A stretch of 61,494 nt of DNA, the filler included, from Platydemus manokwari (Eukaryota), in assembly GCA_037951405.1 (NCBI GenBank). It is 5 parts of 5 records of this genome, joined end to end, with 100 filler letters (N's around TTAATTAATTAA, not from the genome) between each part and the next. Parts side by side here need not be neighbours in the genome. Positions count along the whole stretch, not along the records: positions 34,346 to 52,236 come from JBBMOY010688874.1; positions 52,337 to 61,494 come from JBBMOY011290762.1; 3 more parts are not named here. One strand, 5' to 3'. Positions 42,188 to 55,400 of the stretch are shown here, piece after piece. Under the pieces are notes generated by a model. That model did not search any database, had not been told where the DNA came from, and saw nothing but the letters and a program-made list of their open reading frames with translations. Made by a program: the position numbers and the translations under genes. Within the stretch, counting starts at the first letter, position 1. Each line of letters starts with the position of its first letter.

Positions 42188-42292
42188 CAGGGGTGGCCAA
42201 TCGGTCGATCTTGAAGCCAATTTTAGTCTATCACGTGAGATGTTATTCAAATGAAAAGTTAATCTTACGTACACAAAAGTTGGCCACCTCTG
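42188..42292. mobile_element. 105-bp hAT (Buster-type) MITE with perfect 8-bp TSD
   Basis: TIRs CAGGGGTGGCCAA / TTGGCCACCTCTG; GTTTACAT duplicated at 42180-42187 and 42293-42300. Confidence 0.9.
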
Positions 42293-44779
42293 GTTTACAT
42301 GATTCAATTCACGACAAGAAACAAGAATTAAAGTTAAATAAATACGTCCTACACTGAATTGGTTCTTTGATATTTTTATTAAATAATATCGTTCTGGTTG
42401 TTCAATAAATCCAAAAACCGCTCCGCAGAAACCGTTTTGACTAGCTTGGAAACATAAAAGTTGGGTCAAAGAGTCCAATAAAATATCAAGATATTCAGAG
42501 TCAAATGAAATGTCAGAAGCTTGAATATGATTAAGCTTTTGAATTTAAATTTTGACTATTATTATACATTGAACTATCATTTTTTCCACCTGTTTGACTT
42601 CTCTATTTCTCACTGTTACCAAGTGTCGTGAGATGTTTCACCCCACATTTTTTAAATGTTGTGGAGTATCTTGTCGGTTCTGTTACGTCATTTTTTTTCA
42701 CAGTTATTATAATACCAATATCCCCACTGTCAATTCTTCAGACTCTCATTGGTTTTTGTTTCTTAGCTCCATCCAACAATATCATTTCAACAAATGACTA
42801 TTCAAGTGAGAAACCATGTTTACGGTTATAATAATTTATATTGATTTGTAAATTCGTAAAAGTACAGTAAAGTAATTTATTATAATTTTAGTATTCTTGG
42901 TGTAGAATTATTTAGAAACGTTTACGGAAAAAGTTCCTTTCGCTGATAGTATGAAGTGTCACAATTCATATATATTAACAGAAACATATATTATTGCTAT
43001 TAAAGTGAATCTGAAAATCAGACAGCAATCAGATATAGAAAAAGAGCTCGTTAAGTTTAAGTAGTCTCAGAATAGCAGTGCACAAAATATCGATCAGACA
43101 TTTAATATAGTAATACTTTTTTTTAGATAGAAATAAACACCTACATGACTCCAGTGCTTACCCCGATACTATTATCAGTAAATTAAAGCGAGCGTGTCTG
43201 ATTGTTTTCATATTTCTAGACCAACAGAGCCAATCTTGAGTAAAATAAATTTATTCCTAATAAACAGAATCATTCAAACATAAGTAAAATTCTTAGCGAG
43301 ACAAATACATATAACAGATCGTGAAAAAATTCCTGACCTCTTCATTAACGTTCTTTATTGAAAATAGTATGGTGACGCATAGTTCTGGTCAATATTATTG
43401 TTTTAAAATTATTCCTTCAACACAGAATACTGTCAGTATATTTTTAAATTTAAGTTTTGACGATATTTATACATTTCATATTTAGTTATTTTAATAAAAA
43501 ATTTGATTTTTATTACTTATTTCAGTTTTACAAACAAAAAATGACAAATCAAAATGAGATTTTTGGTGGAAATAAACTTAACAATGAACTAGACATACTC
43601 ATAACGATAAGGATTGAGACAGCCGACATTTGTTACTAAATATAATAATTTCTTACTCATCGATACACCAAACAAACACCCTATCACAAACCTCTTACAT
43701 AATTAATGCTTAAGTGGTTAGAGAATGGAATATGAGAAACCTGTCATATAGATTTTATAAATAGTATATTAGAACGCTGTTTATTGAATCATGACGATAA
43801 GATTTATCTATAATATATTATTTAATATAAATTAAGATAACTATTCAGTCGAATTTCCTTCATAGATTATAAGAAAAAACACAGATCATTCATCAAGAAT
43901 AAATATTTTCATAAATGTTTAATGAATGAAGGAGAATCAATTATTAACACAATATATTCCGCTCACAGCATTGCAGATATTAGTTTGCTTCATAAAAGAT
44001 GTGTTTTAATTTTCTTGAAATGTTAAACATCTTATATCATGAGACTCCATCTAGATTGCAATTCAATGATTAATTCAATTTTGTCATCAAAATACCTCAA
44101 CAATATCGACATATCGAAATAATTGATAAAAAATATCTCATCAATGCTCAATCTTCAATCACAATCAATAACGCGACGAAAAAATAAATCTCTTGAAATA
44201 AATGTTCTATTTTATAAGATATATATATATTATTTGGATTCAAATGCAAACGTCAATGTGTCAAATCGAATTTGGATAATTTTTTTAAAGTTACACCAAT
44301 ATATATCAATAAAAAAATCAACAAATATTTACAAACTTTACAGAAGCAAGATAAATCTGAAATCTAACGCCAACAGACAATATTTATATAAATGTATTGA
44401 AACTCAAACATTCAGCAAAAAAAACTCAAACAAGATCAATAGTGGTACAAAAACAATATTAATTTACAAAAAGCCAGTAATAATCATTAATCAGGCACAC
44501 ATATAGAGACACACACATGTAAAGAGATACACACACTCACGATTGAAATACAGAACAATAAACATGAGAAAGTAATGTACAAAATAAATAATCAAATAAA
44601 ATCAAGGCGCGACAGCAAATAAGAGAGGATAATATATATCACACAATCCCATCTGAAAGATTGAATCGAATCAGTGGTTCAAAACTCAAGCCACAGCAAG
44701 TCGAAATAATAATAATAACAATAATGACATAAATAATAATTATATCAATAATTAAAATCTACATTATATATAAATATAT

Positions 44780-45207
44780 TTATAATCTTTCTTGTGGAAA
44801 ATATGGTCGGGCGGCTTTGCGAGTAATCGATGGTTGTTTGCCTCGAGTCAAATTAACTGGTCTACTATCTCTCTTTGATGGATGGTATGTCAGTTTACTG
44901 GTTGGACTCAGTGATTCATTGAATTCTTTACGACATCTGATGGCATAATGTCTCGGAGTTTCCGATGACTCTGATTCGTCTTCTCGAACGTCATCAAGTG
45001 AATCGGTAACATTCATATTAAAATTTAAATGATTATTTTCGGATGTTCCAATAATTCGAGAATTCTTTTTTTTCAAATTGGCAATTTTGGTATAGGCATT
45101 TACTCGATTTAGATTAATCTCGCGTGAATCTCGAACACCGTGACCTGTCATTCGATTGGCATTGTTGGAACGGTCTCGTAAATTATGATCGTCTGAGTTT
45201 TCACTCT
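44780..45207 (-). CDS. Probable terminal coding exon of an unidentified gene (S/R/N-rich, likely disordered C-terminus)
   Basis: About 142 stop-free codons with higher GC than the flanks, preceded by a TTTTATTGTTGCAG acceptor; no recognisable domain. Confidence 0.55.
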
Positions 45208-45325
45208 GCAACAATAAAAGTGATGAATGATAATAAAATATATCTTTATCGAAAAATTACATTGAATTGAAATAATCAGAAAAATGTCAACAAATAACAT
45301 CATAAAATATTATTATTTATTATTA

Positions 45326-45542
45326 CCGTATTTTCCCGACTATAAGATTCACCTTAAAACAGATTTTTAGGATTTATTAAGGCTTGGATATTTAAAAAGA
45401 GATGGTGATGATGTTAATATAAGCGAATGTGACATTTTAGATGATGAAGACCATTAAATATTACTATACATTTTTAAATTAACCTAATCTGTTAATCAGT
45501 CAACTCATAGTTAGGGTGCGCCTTATGGTCCGGTAAATACGG
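45326..45542. mobile_element. pogo/Tc2-type MITE
   Basis: Imperfect ~28-bp TIRs CCGTATTTTCCCGACTATAAG / CTTATGGTCCGGTAAATACGG flanked by TA on both sides. Confidence 0.8.
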
Positions 45543-48500
45543 TATTATGAGTATAATAAAAAAGTCTTAAATGCAAATATATCTGACACAACAAGAAAAT
45601 CATTACAATTTTCTTAAAAAGTTGAATTACCGCCAAATACAATCGCAAATCTTGACATCTATTTTAATTATTAATAAGTATCTTTCACAACAAATAATAA
45701 TAGCTAAGAACGTAAAAAATTAATAATTATAACAAAGCACCAATTCTAATCATAAAATACTAGGTTAAGATCAACAGATAAAATAATGAAATACATATAT
45801 ATATATATATATAATATTCAAATCAAACGAAATATAAAATAAGATTTATATTAACCAAATATTATCATAGATCAACGACAGCAATATTCTAATATTTATG
45901 ATGAGATTATTTATAGCAAGGGGATTATCCCTAGCGTATTTACCATTGTGTTGTTATGCACTCGAAAAACCCCCATATAATCTCTCCTCTCAATCTCTCA
46001 CTATATGCAATGAGAGACAGAGATTAAATTAACTGAAAACCTTGAACCTCGAAAATAGTGCACTTTAAAGCACAAAAATGCATGTGTGTGTGCGCTTAAT
46101 GTTTGATTGAAATGTGTGTATGATTGATAAATAATTAACAAAGGTAAATGTTGGCACACATGCAAACACAGCATTGATATTACTTCAGCAAAATCAGTAA
46201 GAATTATAAAGAAATGGAAAAATATCTGCCATAGAATATTTTAGCATCATTACAACACAGTGGAGCTATTTCATCAATGCAGCATGCCAAAGCGATTTTC
46301 ATAATTAGATAAAATTCCACAAATTATTATTAAAATGATCGAAAAATCATAACGAAAACAGAAAAATACTTTTCAATAATTTTCATGATAATGATAAAAT
46401 TATCGCAATACCAACACAGCATTCATAACAATTGGTTCATTGACATCAGCATCTATTTATTAATATCATTACCAATTACTGATGAAAGTTATTTAAATAT
46501 ATTGCACTCCAAATAATTATCAGACCATATATTGGGAATTTTCAAGAATAATCTCCACAATATAATTGCCCAACAGAGCTTACGTAAAGCGGAAATGAAA
46601 GAAGAACGGAGGAATTTCATTTAATACAAATATTTTCAAATAATTTTCAGCAAGAAAATTGATTATGGAAATATCTAGTCGACGATAATTTGAAATTTTT
46701 CGCATAATGTTTTATAAAAAGGAAAAAATTGAATAAAAAGTTCAAAATTTTCCGCAAACACTCCAGATGGTTGATGGATTGAAAACCATATCAGAACAAA
46801 AGAAAAATTCTATCAATATCAATCAACAACAAAAACTCCGATAAACTTGATGAGGAATTTAATCAAATGTTTTTTGATCAATAAAATAAACACAAAATTT
46901 GACATAAAAATACCAAAAAAAGAAAATCAAAAATAAATAAAAACTTCATATTATGTAGATTCATAAATTTATCAATATTATTTCGTTAAGAAATCGTTCA
47001 CAGACACAAATATAAAATAATTATTTCATCACATACAAACCATTGTAATAATTGCGTTCTAGCGATCAATATGTTCACCATAATTTCTATGATTTCTGTT
47101 TTAGAATTCCATTTCATCTCACTATTTATCACTGACAATTAGCACTGACAATGCATTGAATAACAACATAATGAAATATCAGCTTTATAAAAAATTATAT
47201 TTATGTCAAAAATCGGAATTTTTAATTGTTGATAATAATCTTAATAATAATAATGATTATTTATATTTATAACAGATGTTAAATATTTTTAGAAATATCA
47301 CTGAAAATATTGGAGAAAAATATGAAATCTAAAACATAGCATTGAAAAAGAACAAGAAACTATCCCCAAATGGAATTTTGGAAAAATATCTTTGTTGGTC
47401 GGAATAAATTGGAATTTATCAAGACAATCACATTTTTATTTATATAAAGCAATTTTATTAAGCAGCCTGAAAGTATATTTAATAATATTTTAAAGAAACC
47501 ATAATTAGATGAAGGATTTCATATCCCGAATAAGCCAGATTACCAGATATCACCATTTACAGAAAATATATTGAAAATTCTTTTACTATATTACTGAATA
47601 GTACATATATAGGATAGTATGCACTGTATAATGTCTTAAAATCTTAAAAATGACAATCGAAAGTACCGAATATGAGATGATATAAACTTTCTATAAAAAA
47701 TTGTTCATCCAGATCCCTGTTAAAATTAACGATTTCATTGAAAAACTAATGGCTAAATTAAATTATAAAACAAATCAAAAACACCAGCAGTTTATTTGGA
47801 ATGAAAACCATAACAATATGTATATAAAAGAACAATGAAAATTAAATGTTATGGCTATGTTTATTTCTTAATTATTGAAATGAAACATATTCTTTCATTT
47901 GTCACCCTCTACATATCAGCTTATATCTACTGGATAGATATTTGTGATAATAACTCTATAAATTAGTCTTGGAATTGCCTTATTTAATCATAAATGCTCT
48001 TTTTAATGTAAATAACCCGAAAATAAAAAAAAATATAAAGAAACAATGCCATCATTTGACATCTTTCTTCAACTAACGAAACATTATAAAATCGAATAAG
48101 ATTTTTGTAAAAAAACATTTCCGAATCCAATGATAAAATAAAGAAAGACAATTTGAAAACCAAGGAAAATTTATTGAACTTCATACACGGGAGAATTTAT
48201 CAATGCTATTGTCAAAAATTACTTCAAACGATTGTCATTGGTAACTGATTGATTGACTACTGATTGAGATAAATGGATAGCTGATCACCATTGGTCAGTA
48301 ATATCAATTAGTTCAGAATTCCATTCAAACAATCAAACCAATTGAGACTAAAACATCAACAATTGAATCTATGAACACCTTGAAAGAAATACTCGAATAA
48401 AAATTTTATAAAATATATTTCAGGCTTGATTAAATAATAATAATTCATTTAATGTGATAATAAATATGGTATTTAATAGTAAAGCATAAACATAAATAAA

Positions 48501-51500
48501 TATAGATCAAACAAGATATTCATATTTCTATTAGGTTTCAATTTATTCACACAATGAAACACCATTACCATCAAGAAATACATTTCTTTCACCATACTAA
48601 TCAAGCAATAAAAAAATTAAAAAAAAAATGAAAACCATGTTTGGTTAATTAATTTTGACAAACAATTCTTTCTCTCGAACAGACTTCGTGACTTTTGACG
48701 GAATGATTTTAAATAATTAATTAATGAATTTCTTCACCAAACACAAGTATCGAAATGATAAAACTTAATAAGACAATCATTAGAGAATAAATGCAAATTA
48801 TTTTGAAGAAGCAATTTGCTGTTATTGATGTGATGAATTATTAAAAGATACTAGGAATTTGATGAAAATATGGATTATTTGATACATAAGAGTTTATATT
48901 ATGGTTGTCAGTCAGATTCGTAAATGGAAATTTGAATGTGATATGTATGATGTGAGTGTATGCTTGTTTGATTGGATATTGATTAGTGATTGTGCAATTG
49001 TCAGTTGATGCGATCCAAATAACCTCTCAATATGTTATTACATCAACAGAAATAAGATGATGCATATAACACCGTGATTGTATTAAATAAATCATTCCGT
49101 ATTAAGTCTTATTACCAACATAGCGACCACAAAGATAACGAGTAAAACACTTTACCTTTACCATAAACGTTTTAATTTTTGATGGATTAACTTCGACGCA
49201 CACACGCACAAGTCAGAAATATTTAGGAGAAAAATTATCCAAAACTAGATTCGAATATTTATACTTCAAAAATTAAAGTCAATACATGATTATATCAACG
49301 AGGCAGATACATCTATTTAGCTATATTATTATTTTTTCATGTTTTACAATACAAAATGTTAAAAATTTCTTTAATATCGGAAAAAATAATTATTCGCATA
49401 TATACATGACAAATCACAAATAACTATTAATGTACTTCTGTTGCCATGACTAAGATCTAATATTTTTATTTAAAAAAAAAGTAAAATAAACGATAATAAT
49501 AAAGAATAATCTCATAATATAAATATTATAATAAATCGAATCGAACCAAATCAAGATATAATAATAATAATCTTTCAATTATTATTACAACTGATTTGTA
49601 ATAACACATCGACCATCTTCGGATATACTCGTATAATCTTTCATAATAATAATTATTATTATTTGTGAACATTGACTTGTCAGAAGATCAAGTATACATA
49701 TTGTTTGACAAAATATAGACAATATACTTAAATGTCATAAATGAAACTCAAATCAATAAATATTTTAACAAATCATTGGTAAAGGCCAAATCCAAAAAAT
49801 ATTATAATCAAAATAAAATCTATTTGTTTCAAACGTACATTTTAATAAATGAGCTTGTTCCTTACTGAAATGATTTAATGCTTATACAAAACAAATGTAA
49901 TTAGATGTGAATAATTCTATATTATATCGAAAAAATCGAAATCATTGATACAAATATATCAGTATTGTGCTTCTTGCATATGAAATGTAGCGATCAAATA
50001 CATAAATCACAGTTTATTATCAAAAAAATATGATATCATTGAAAATATCAAAAGAATCAATTGAAGATTTACCTTGAATTAAGCAGAAAAATCAATAATT
50101 CAATCTAACGATTCTTTGATCAGTTTATCGTTTATAAACAACAATAGGGTATTGTTGAATCAAAACATATTCTTACAAAGTAAATACTGATATAAACGAA
50201 TGAAAAACGATAAAAATCATTCAGATCTTGAAAAGATAATATAAAGGATAAAAAATATATAAAACTATAGATATACACAAGCATTGATAATAGAAAACAA
50301 TATAATTAACAGAAGCCGGTGAATTGAAATGGCCATAACATTGGTCGAGAACCTCTTCTTTAAACTGTTTTATATAATAATAAAATAAATTAGTAAAATC
50401 GTCAATCGTTCGTTGGGGCAAACAGAATGTGAAGAACATATTTCCATAATGACCAATTAATGGTTCAATTTAAGCATAATATTAAATATTAATTGATTAA
50501 AATTTTAAAAGCATTGGAAAACGTCGGGAAAAAATCATCTTTATTGTTTTACTTTTATCATTAGGATAATCAGAGCTAGCATATATATATCATCTAGTGA
50601 AATTAAAGTAGAAGAATAGATAAATTGCAATTTGTTCGAACTCACTCACCTTATCATTGATAAAATTCTACAAACAAAATATCCCAATAACAATTTCAAT
50701 AATCTATATGAATAAGAAATTTATACACGAAAGATTAAACAAAATGAAAGTTTTGAGCGTGTAAAATTCGTTAATATACGCTCATAATTCTTCGGGAAAA
50801 ATTATTCAAAAATAAATCTTACATCTGTATTTGAATTGCTGGATCGCTGTTCTACTGAATCTAGAATATCACCACTACAATTGCTATCGACGCTACTATT
50901 GCTGTTACTGTTGTTATCACTGGGGTATCTACATTTTTAAGAAAATTTTGAAAATACACTTCATAAACTATCAATATTGGTTTAATATTGATTAAAACAT
51001 TTCTACTAAACTTTGTGAATATCAATATTATTACAACAAATTTGATGGTTTGAACTGTTCGAAGCAAATTAATAAAGCTAAAGATAGATAGTTCTACTTA
51101 TTGGTGACAAAACTATTTCTACTTATAGGTGAATCGGAGATGCCTCATTTATGTGTCTGTGTGCGCCTGCACTATCAGATGATTTGGATACACATTCTAC
51201 CTTTCCGATACGTTTCAGATTTTCATGCACCAGTAAATATTGGATAATTATAGCTATTTTGCTTTATTTTTGTTATACTTTTTGTAGAATTAATGACATG
51301 TTAACTAAACTCGCCCACATTATATTACATCAAATGGGGATCCCTTGAAGTTGCCGTCTATAGATTATGTAAGTGACCATTGCAAAGTAGTGAAACAGCC
51401 AGAATGACCCTGAGAACAAAGTGCAAACCATAATTTTCATAGCCGTTAATATTAATAAAAATTATTAATCGTAATACTGATATCTTTTAAGGAAAATTAT

Positions 51501-51553
51501 TTTCTTTTATGGAACAAAAACCAATCAAATAATCTGAAATTCATATATTCTAC

Positions 51554-51758
51554 TTTTTATGTATGAAAGTAATTGGTAGTCTAGATGGGACTCCTTTAAT
51601 ATGACTTCGACTTGTGGTAAATCTTTGAAACTGAGAATGATTAGTTGAAGGATTTTTAATGTCTGAAGGCCGACGAGGTGAATTGGTTGCTGAGGTAATA
51701 TTGTTGGTGCAATTTTCTTCTAAATTCTTCATTCGATAATGCTGAACAAGTATGACAT
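51554..51758 (-). CDS. Probable internal exon, possibly of the same unidentified gene as 44780-45207
   Basis: AAAG acceptor, open frame VILVQHYRMKNLEENCTNNITSATNSPRRPSDIKNPS...PITFIHK, GTAG donor; similar S/R/P/N-rich composition. Confidence 0.4.
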
Positions 51759-52236
51759 CTTTTTAGACAATTTCACAAAAAAATGATGATTAAAACAAAA
51801 AGGAAAGAATAATCAATACAATATCCTGCTATTTGACTATATATATATAATAAAATTCTTGAAATTATTTCAATTATATTCAAACAAATAACCAATAGAA
51901 CATGCTGATAAAAATTAGCAAATCATTCGCACTTCCAAAGTAAATTGATGATAAATAATGATATATTAAAACAAATTAAACCAATCTTCACACTACAATC
52001 CAATCTTTCAAAGGGCAAAACAATGATTTTACATGCCTTCATAGTTTCTAACCTCAGTGTGCCTGATTGATGAAAAAATTTATCATCGCTATCCTTTAAT
52101 TAAAAAATTCACAAAATTAATAAAACAATAAAATATTAACATACGAATGTAAAATGCTTCCCAGTATTATTTTATCTATTATTAATAACATCTATCATTT
52201 TCAAAAATAAAAATACAATCAAAAGAATTATAGATC

Positions 52237-52336
52237 NNNNNNNNNNNNNNNNNNNNNNNNNNNNNNNNNNNNNNNNNNNNTTAATTAATTAANNNNNNNN
52301 NNNNNNNNNNNNNNNNNNNNNNNNNNNNNNNNNNNN
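52237..52336. other. Assembly spacer
   Basis: N44-TTAATTAATTAA-N44. Confidence 0.97.
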
Positions 52337-52444
52337 ACTATGCAAAATGTACTTTAAATAAATAAATATTTTTCAAAAAAAACCGAAATTTTAAGGTTAT
52401 ACACCTAATAAATGTAAAATAATAAAATTATCTCATCATTTTAC

Positions 52445-55400
52445 GTTGGCGTAATTGATAAAAAACAGTTGTTCTGACGTGAAATTAAGACCGGGCAATG
52501 TTGAATGCTTTTTTTGTTCTTCTGGTAAAAACGCAGTCTAATAATAACAGTTTACATCTATGTAAACAATTTTGAAAGATATATTAACCTTATAAGCCAT
52601 TCTCATTCCAGCATTGTCAGCTATATCTTCTCCGAGAGTTTGTTCTGCTGGCAACTAACATAATAAAAAAATTATTTGAGTACAAAGAAAATTAATGAGT
52701 AAATAAGGATCAGTTATCACGGCAGTAAATAATTGAGAATAGAAGATCCAACAAAGAATTGAATATGTAAAAATTATAACAAAAAAATATTATAAAATTA
52801 TCATGAAAGACAAATAAATACCAAAATTAAAAGAATAAAATAGTAAACCACAAACAGTGATATTTTGATTGGTTATGGAGAGAAACAGTAATAAAAAAAA
52901 TAATTTAAATGCCATAATGGTATCTAATATTATTTGAGAGAATAAAAGTTATCATTTGAGATTTAAAACGTTTTAGTTAAAAAGTATTAATTGATATTTT
53001 ATAAATACAATCTGAAATTATAAATATTTATGATTCACAATCAGCAAGTTATTTTGAGAAAAACATCCTCCAGTTTCACATATTTCGATACATTCATTAG
53101 TTGTACTTAATTGTCCACATAATGAATAAATAAAATTACATATTATTTGTTTGAAAGGCACAATAGAGATTTATATCCCGTACCATATTATTTGACCAGA
53201 GTTTATTTATTTTTGAGAATCTATCTTAGCATAAATAAGATATAAACAATTACAAAATCTAATAATCTATGTGATAATATTATCATTCTTAAGAACACTG
53301 CAGCATATTTAATGACTTGGTGATTTAATATAAACTTAAATATATCTGAAGATTTAAAACAAAAATTTAAAATGGTAAATAACTTTCAATGCAAATATGT
53401 ATTAAATAGTCACAAAGTGCATGATATTTGATTAGGTTGGAATTTAATAAGCAAAAAACTAATTTATAACTCTCGTCACTGATTGGTAGAAAATCTAATA
53501 AAAAAGAGCAATCAGCGAGTCAAAAACCAAAATAAAAAAGGTACAGCATCTTGAGAACAGTAATTGCTCGACTCTAAACCAGGAGATGTAAAGTGGTTTT
53601 TTGTATTATATCATTAGATATTCTTATTTCGTATTAATAAACTAATCTGAGCTAAATATTAAGGTGCAAGTAGTTATTTTTGATCTACTTTTGTAAACAA
53701 TTTAAATACAGTTAATTTCTTAAATATATTATATTATATTATATTATATTATATTATATTATATTATATTATATTATATTATATTATATTATATACCTTG
53801 ATTATATTGTATATCTTAATTTTAGAAGTCAACTATATGAAATCATGATTTTCAATAAAAACTCAATTGATGGTTGTCATGGTAACTAACACAAATATAT
53901 AAATTTGAAACATAAAACAACGGTAATAAGCTAAAAATTTTAATTAGCAGAACAGAAATTATTGTTCCAAAAGCATTTGACATATTATTATTGGAGCCAT
54001 TGTTTATTGATTCTTTATATTTTTAGTTCACTCTGATTTTCAAAATGATATCTAAGGTCAATTAAGATCAGAAACTTTACTAAATAGAAAGTTAACTGTT
54101 CATCTCTGGTGTTTTAGATCGCAGTTATAATTTTAAATTTTTAAAATAATGAAATATTATTAATGTAATTGAGCTCACGAATTGATTTTCAAAGGAGTAG
54201 CTTTTATACTGTTTTAGTATGCATTTAGTTCTATCCGTATATTCTTTCTTGCTTGAAGTTGACCACCATTCTCTCAGCACTCCTTTTTCATCAAATTTGG
54301 ATCCTGTATAAAATATCTCTTATTATCTAGAAAAATTTCTGTTATTGATTTTACTACAAAACCCTATTTCATTTAATAGACTGAAAGATATAAAATTTAT
54401 TTATTTAAACAATATTTTAACCTGCAATATCAAACCCATGAAGAATTTCATGACCGAAGACCACACCGATTCCTCCGTAATTAATATTGACTGGTAATTC
54501 TATATCGTAGAATGGCTGTCGAAGAATCGCCGCTGGAAAAACAATTTCATTGGAAGGCGGATTATAGTATGCATTGACTTGATGCGGGCTCATCATCCAC
54601 CTATAAGCAACTGTGAAGTACAATTTTGGAAAAAATATTACTGATCATCAGGAATTTTCTCATTCACAGTTTTTATATTCTTAACAAAGTTTTTTGCTTT
54701 ATAATCGATAATGTTTTTCATGAAATCACTAATGCCGATGGTCACCTGTTAATTTATAATTACATGTTATTCAGATTCATCAAACATTTCTAACGTTTTC
54801 ATGGTCTTTATTGAGTTTATTTTCCGAAAGTAAAGAATCCGGATATCCTATTTTAATTTTGATAAAGGACAGCTAAATGTAAACAGTAAATATCTTAGAA
54901 AGAAAAATGAAAAAAAATTATTAAGATAGAAGTTATTAAAATAAATTTTAATTTCAGTAAACCATAAAAGCTTCATACCGAACCTTGTGGATATTGATGT
55001 AACCTTCTTTATAAAAATCAAACTTGATAAAAAATGACTCTTAAAATATTTCAGAGAATTTATAATGCCTTCTCTTGTCTATTCCAATCCAGACATTTTT
55101 GACAAATAGAAACCTCTGCAAGAAAGGTTCTGACATAGATACGGTAGTGGGAGCTTGCCCTATATGGCTATAAAAATTTTCATCCTGAATTTTTCTCTAA
55201 TATTTGGCATGACATGCTATTGAAACAGATTCAAGCAAACGCAACATGTCAAAATGGAATCAAAAATTCCCAACGAATTTAAGTGACCATATTAAGCTGG
55301 GTTAAAGAATCCCAAAAGATGCAATAAACAAAAGAAATGTGATACTTAAGAAATCATTTTTCGATAATTATCTAGTCAGATAAAACCCACTACTCGAAAT

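Noticed and set aside
44123-44506. 127-aa plus-strand ORF
   Set aside because: Non-ATG start, low-complexity A-rich translation, antisense to a probable 3' UTR.
50826-51329. LTR-like unit on the minus strand
   Set aside because: No TSD, no second copy in the window, ambiguous ends.
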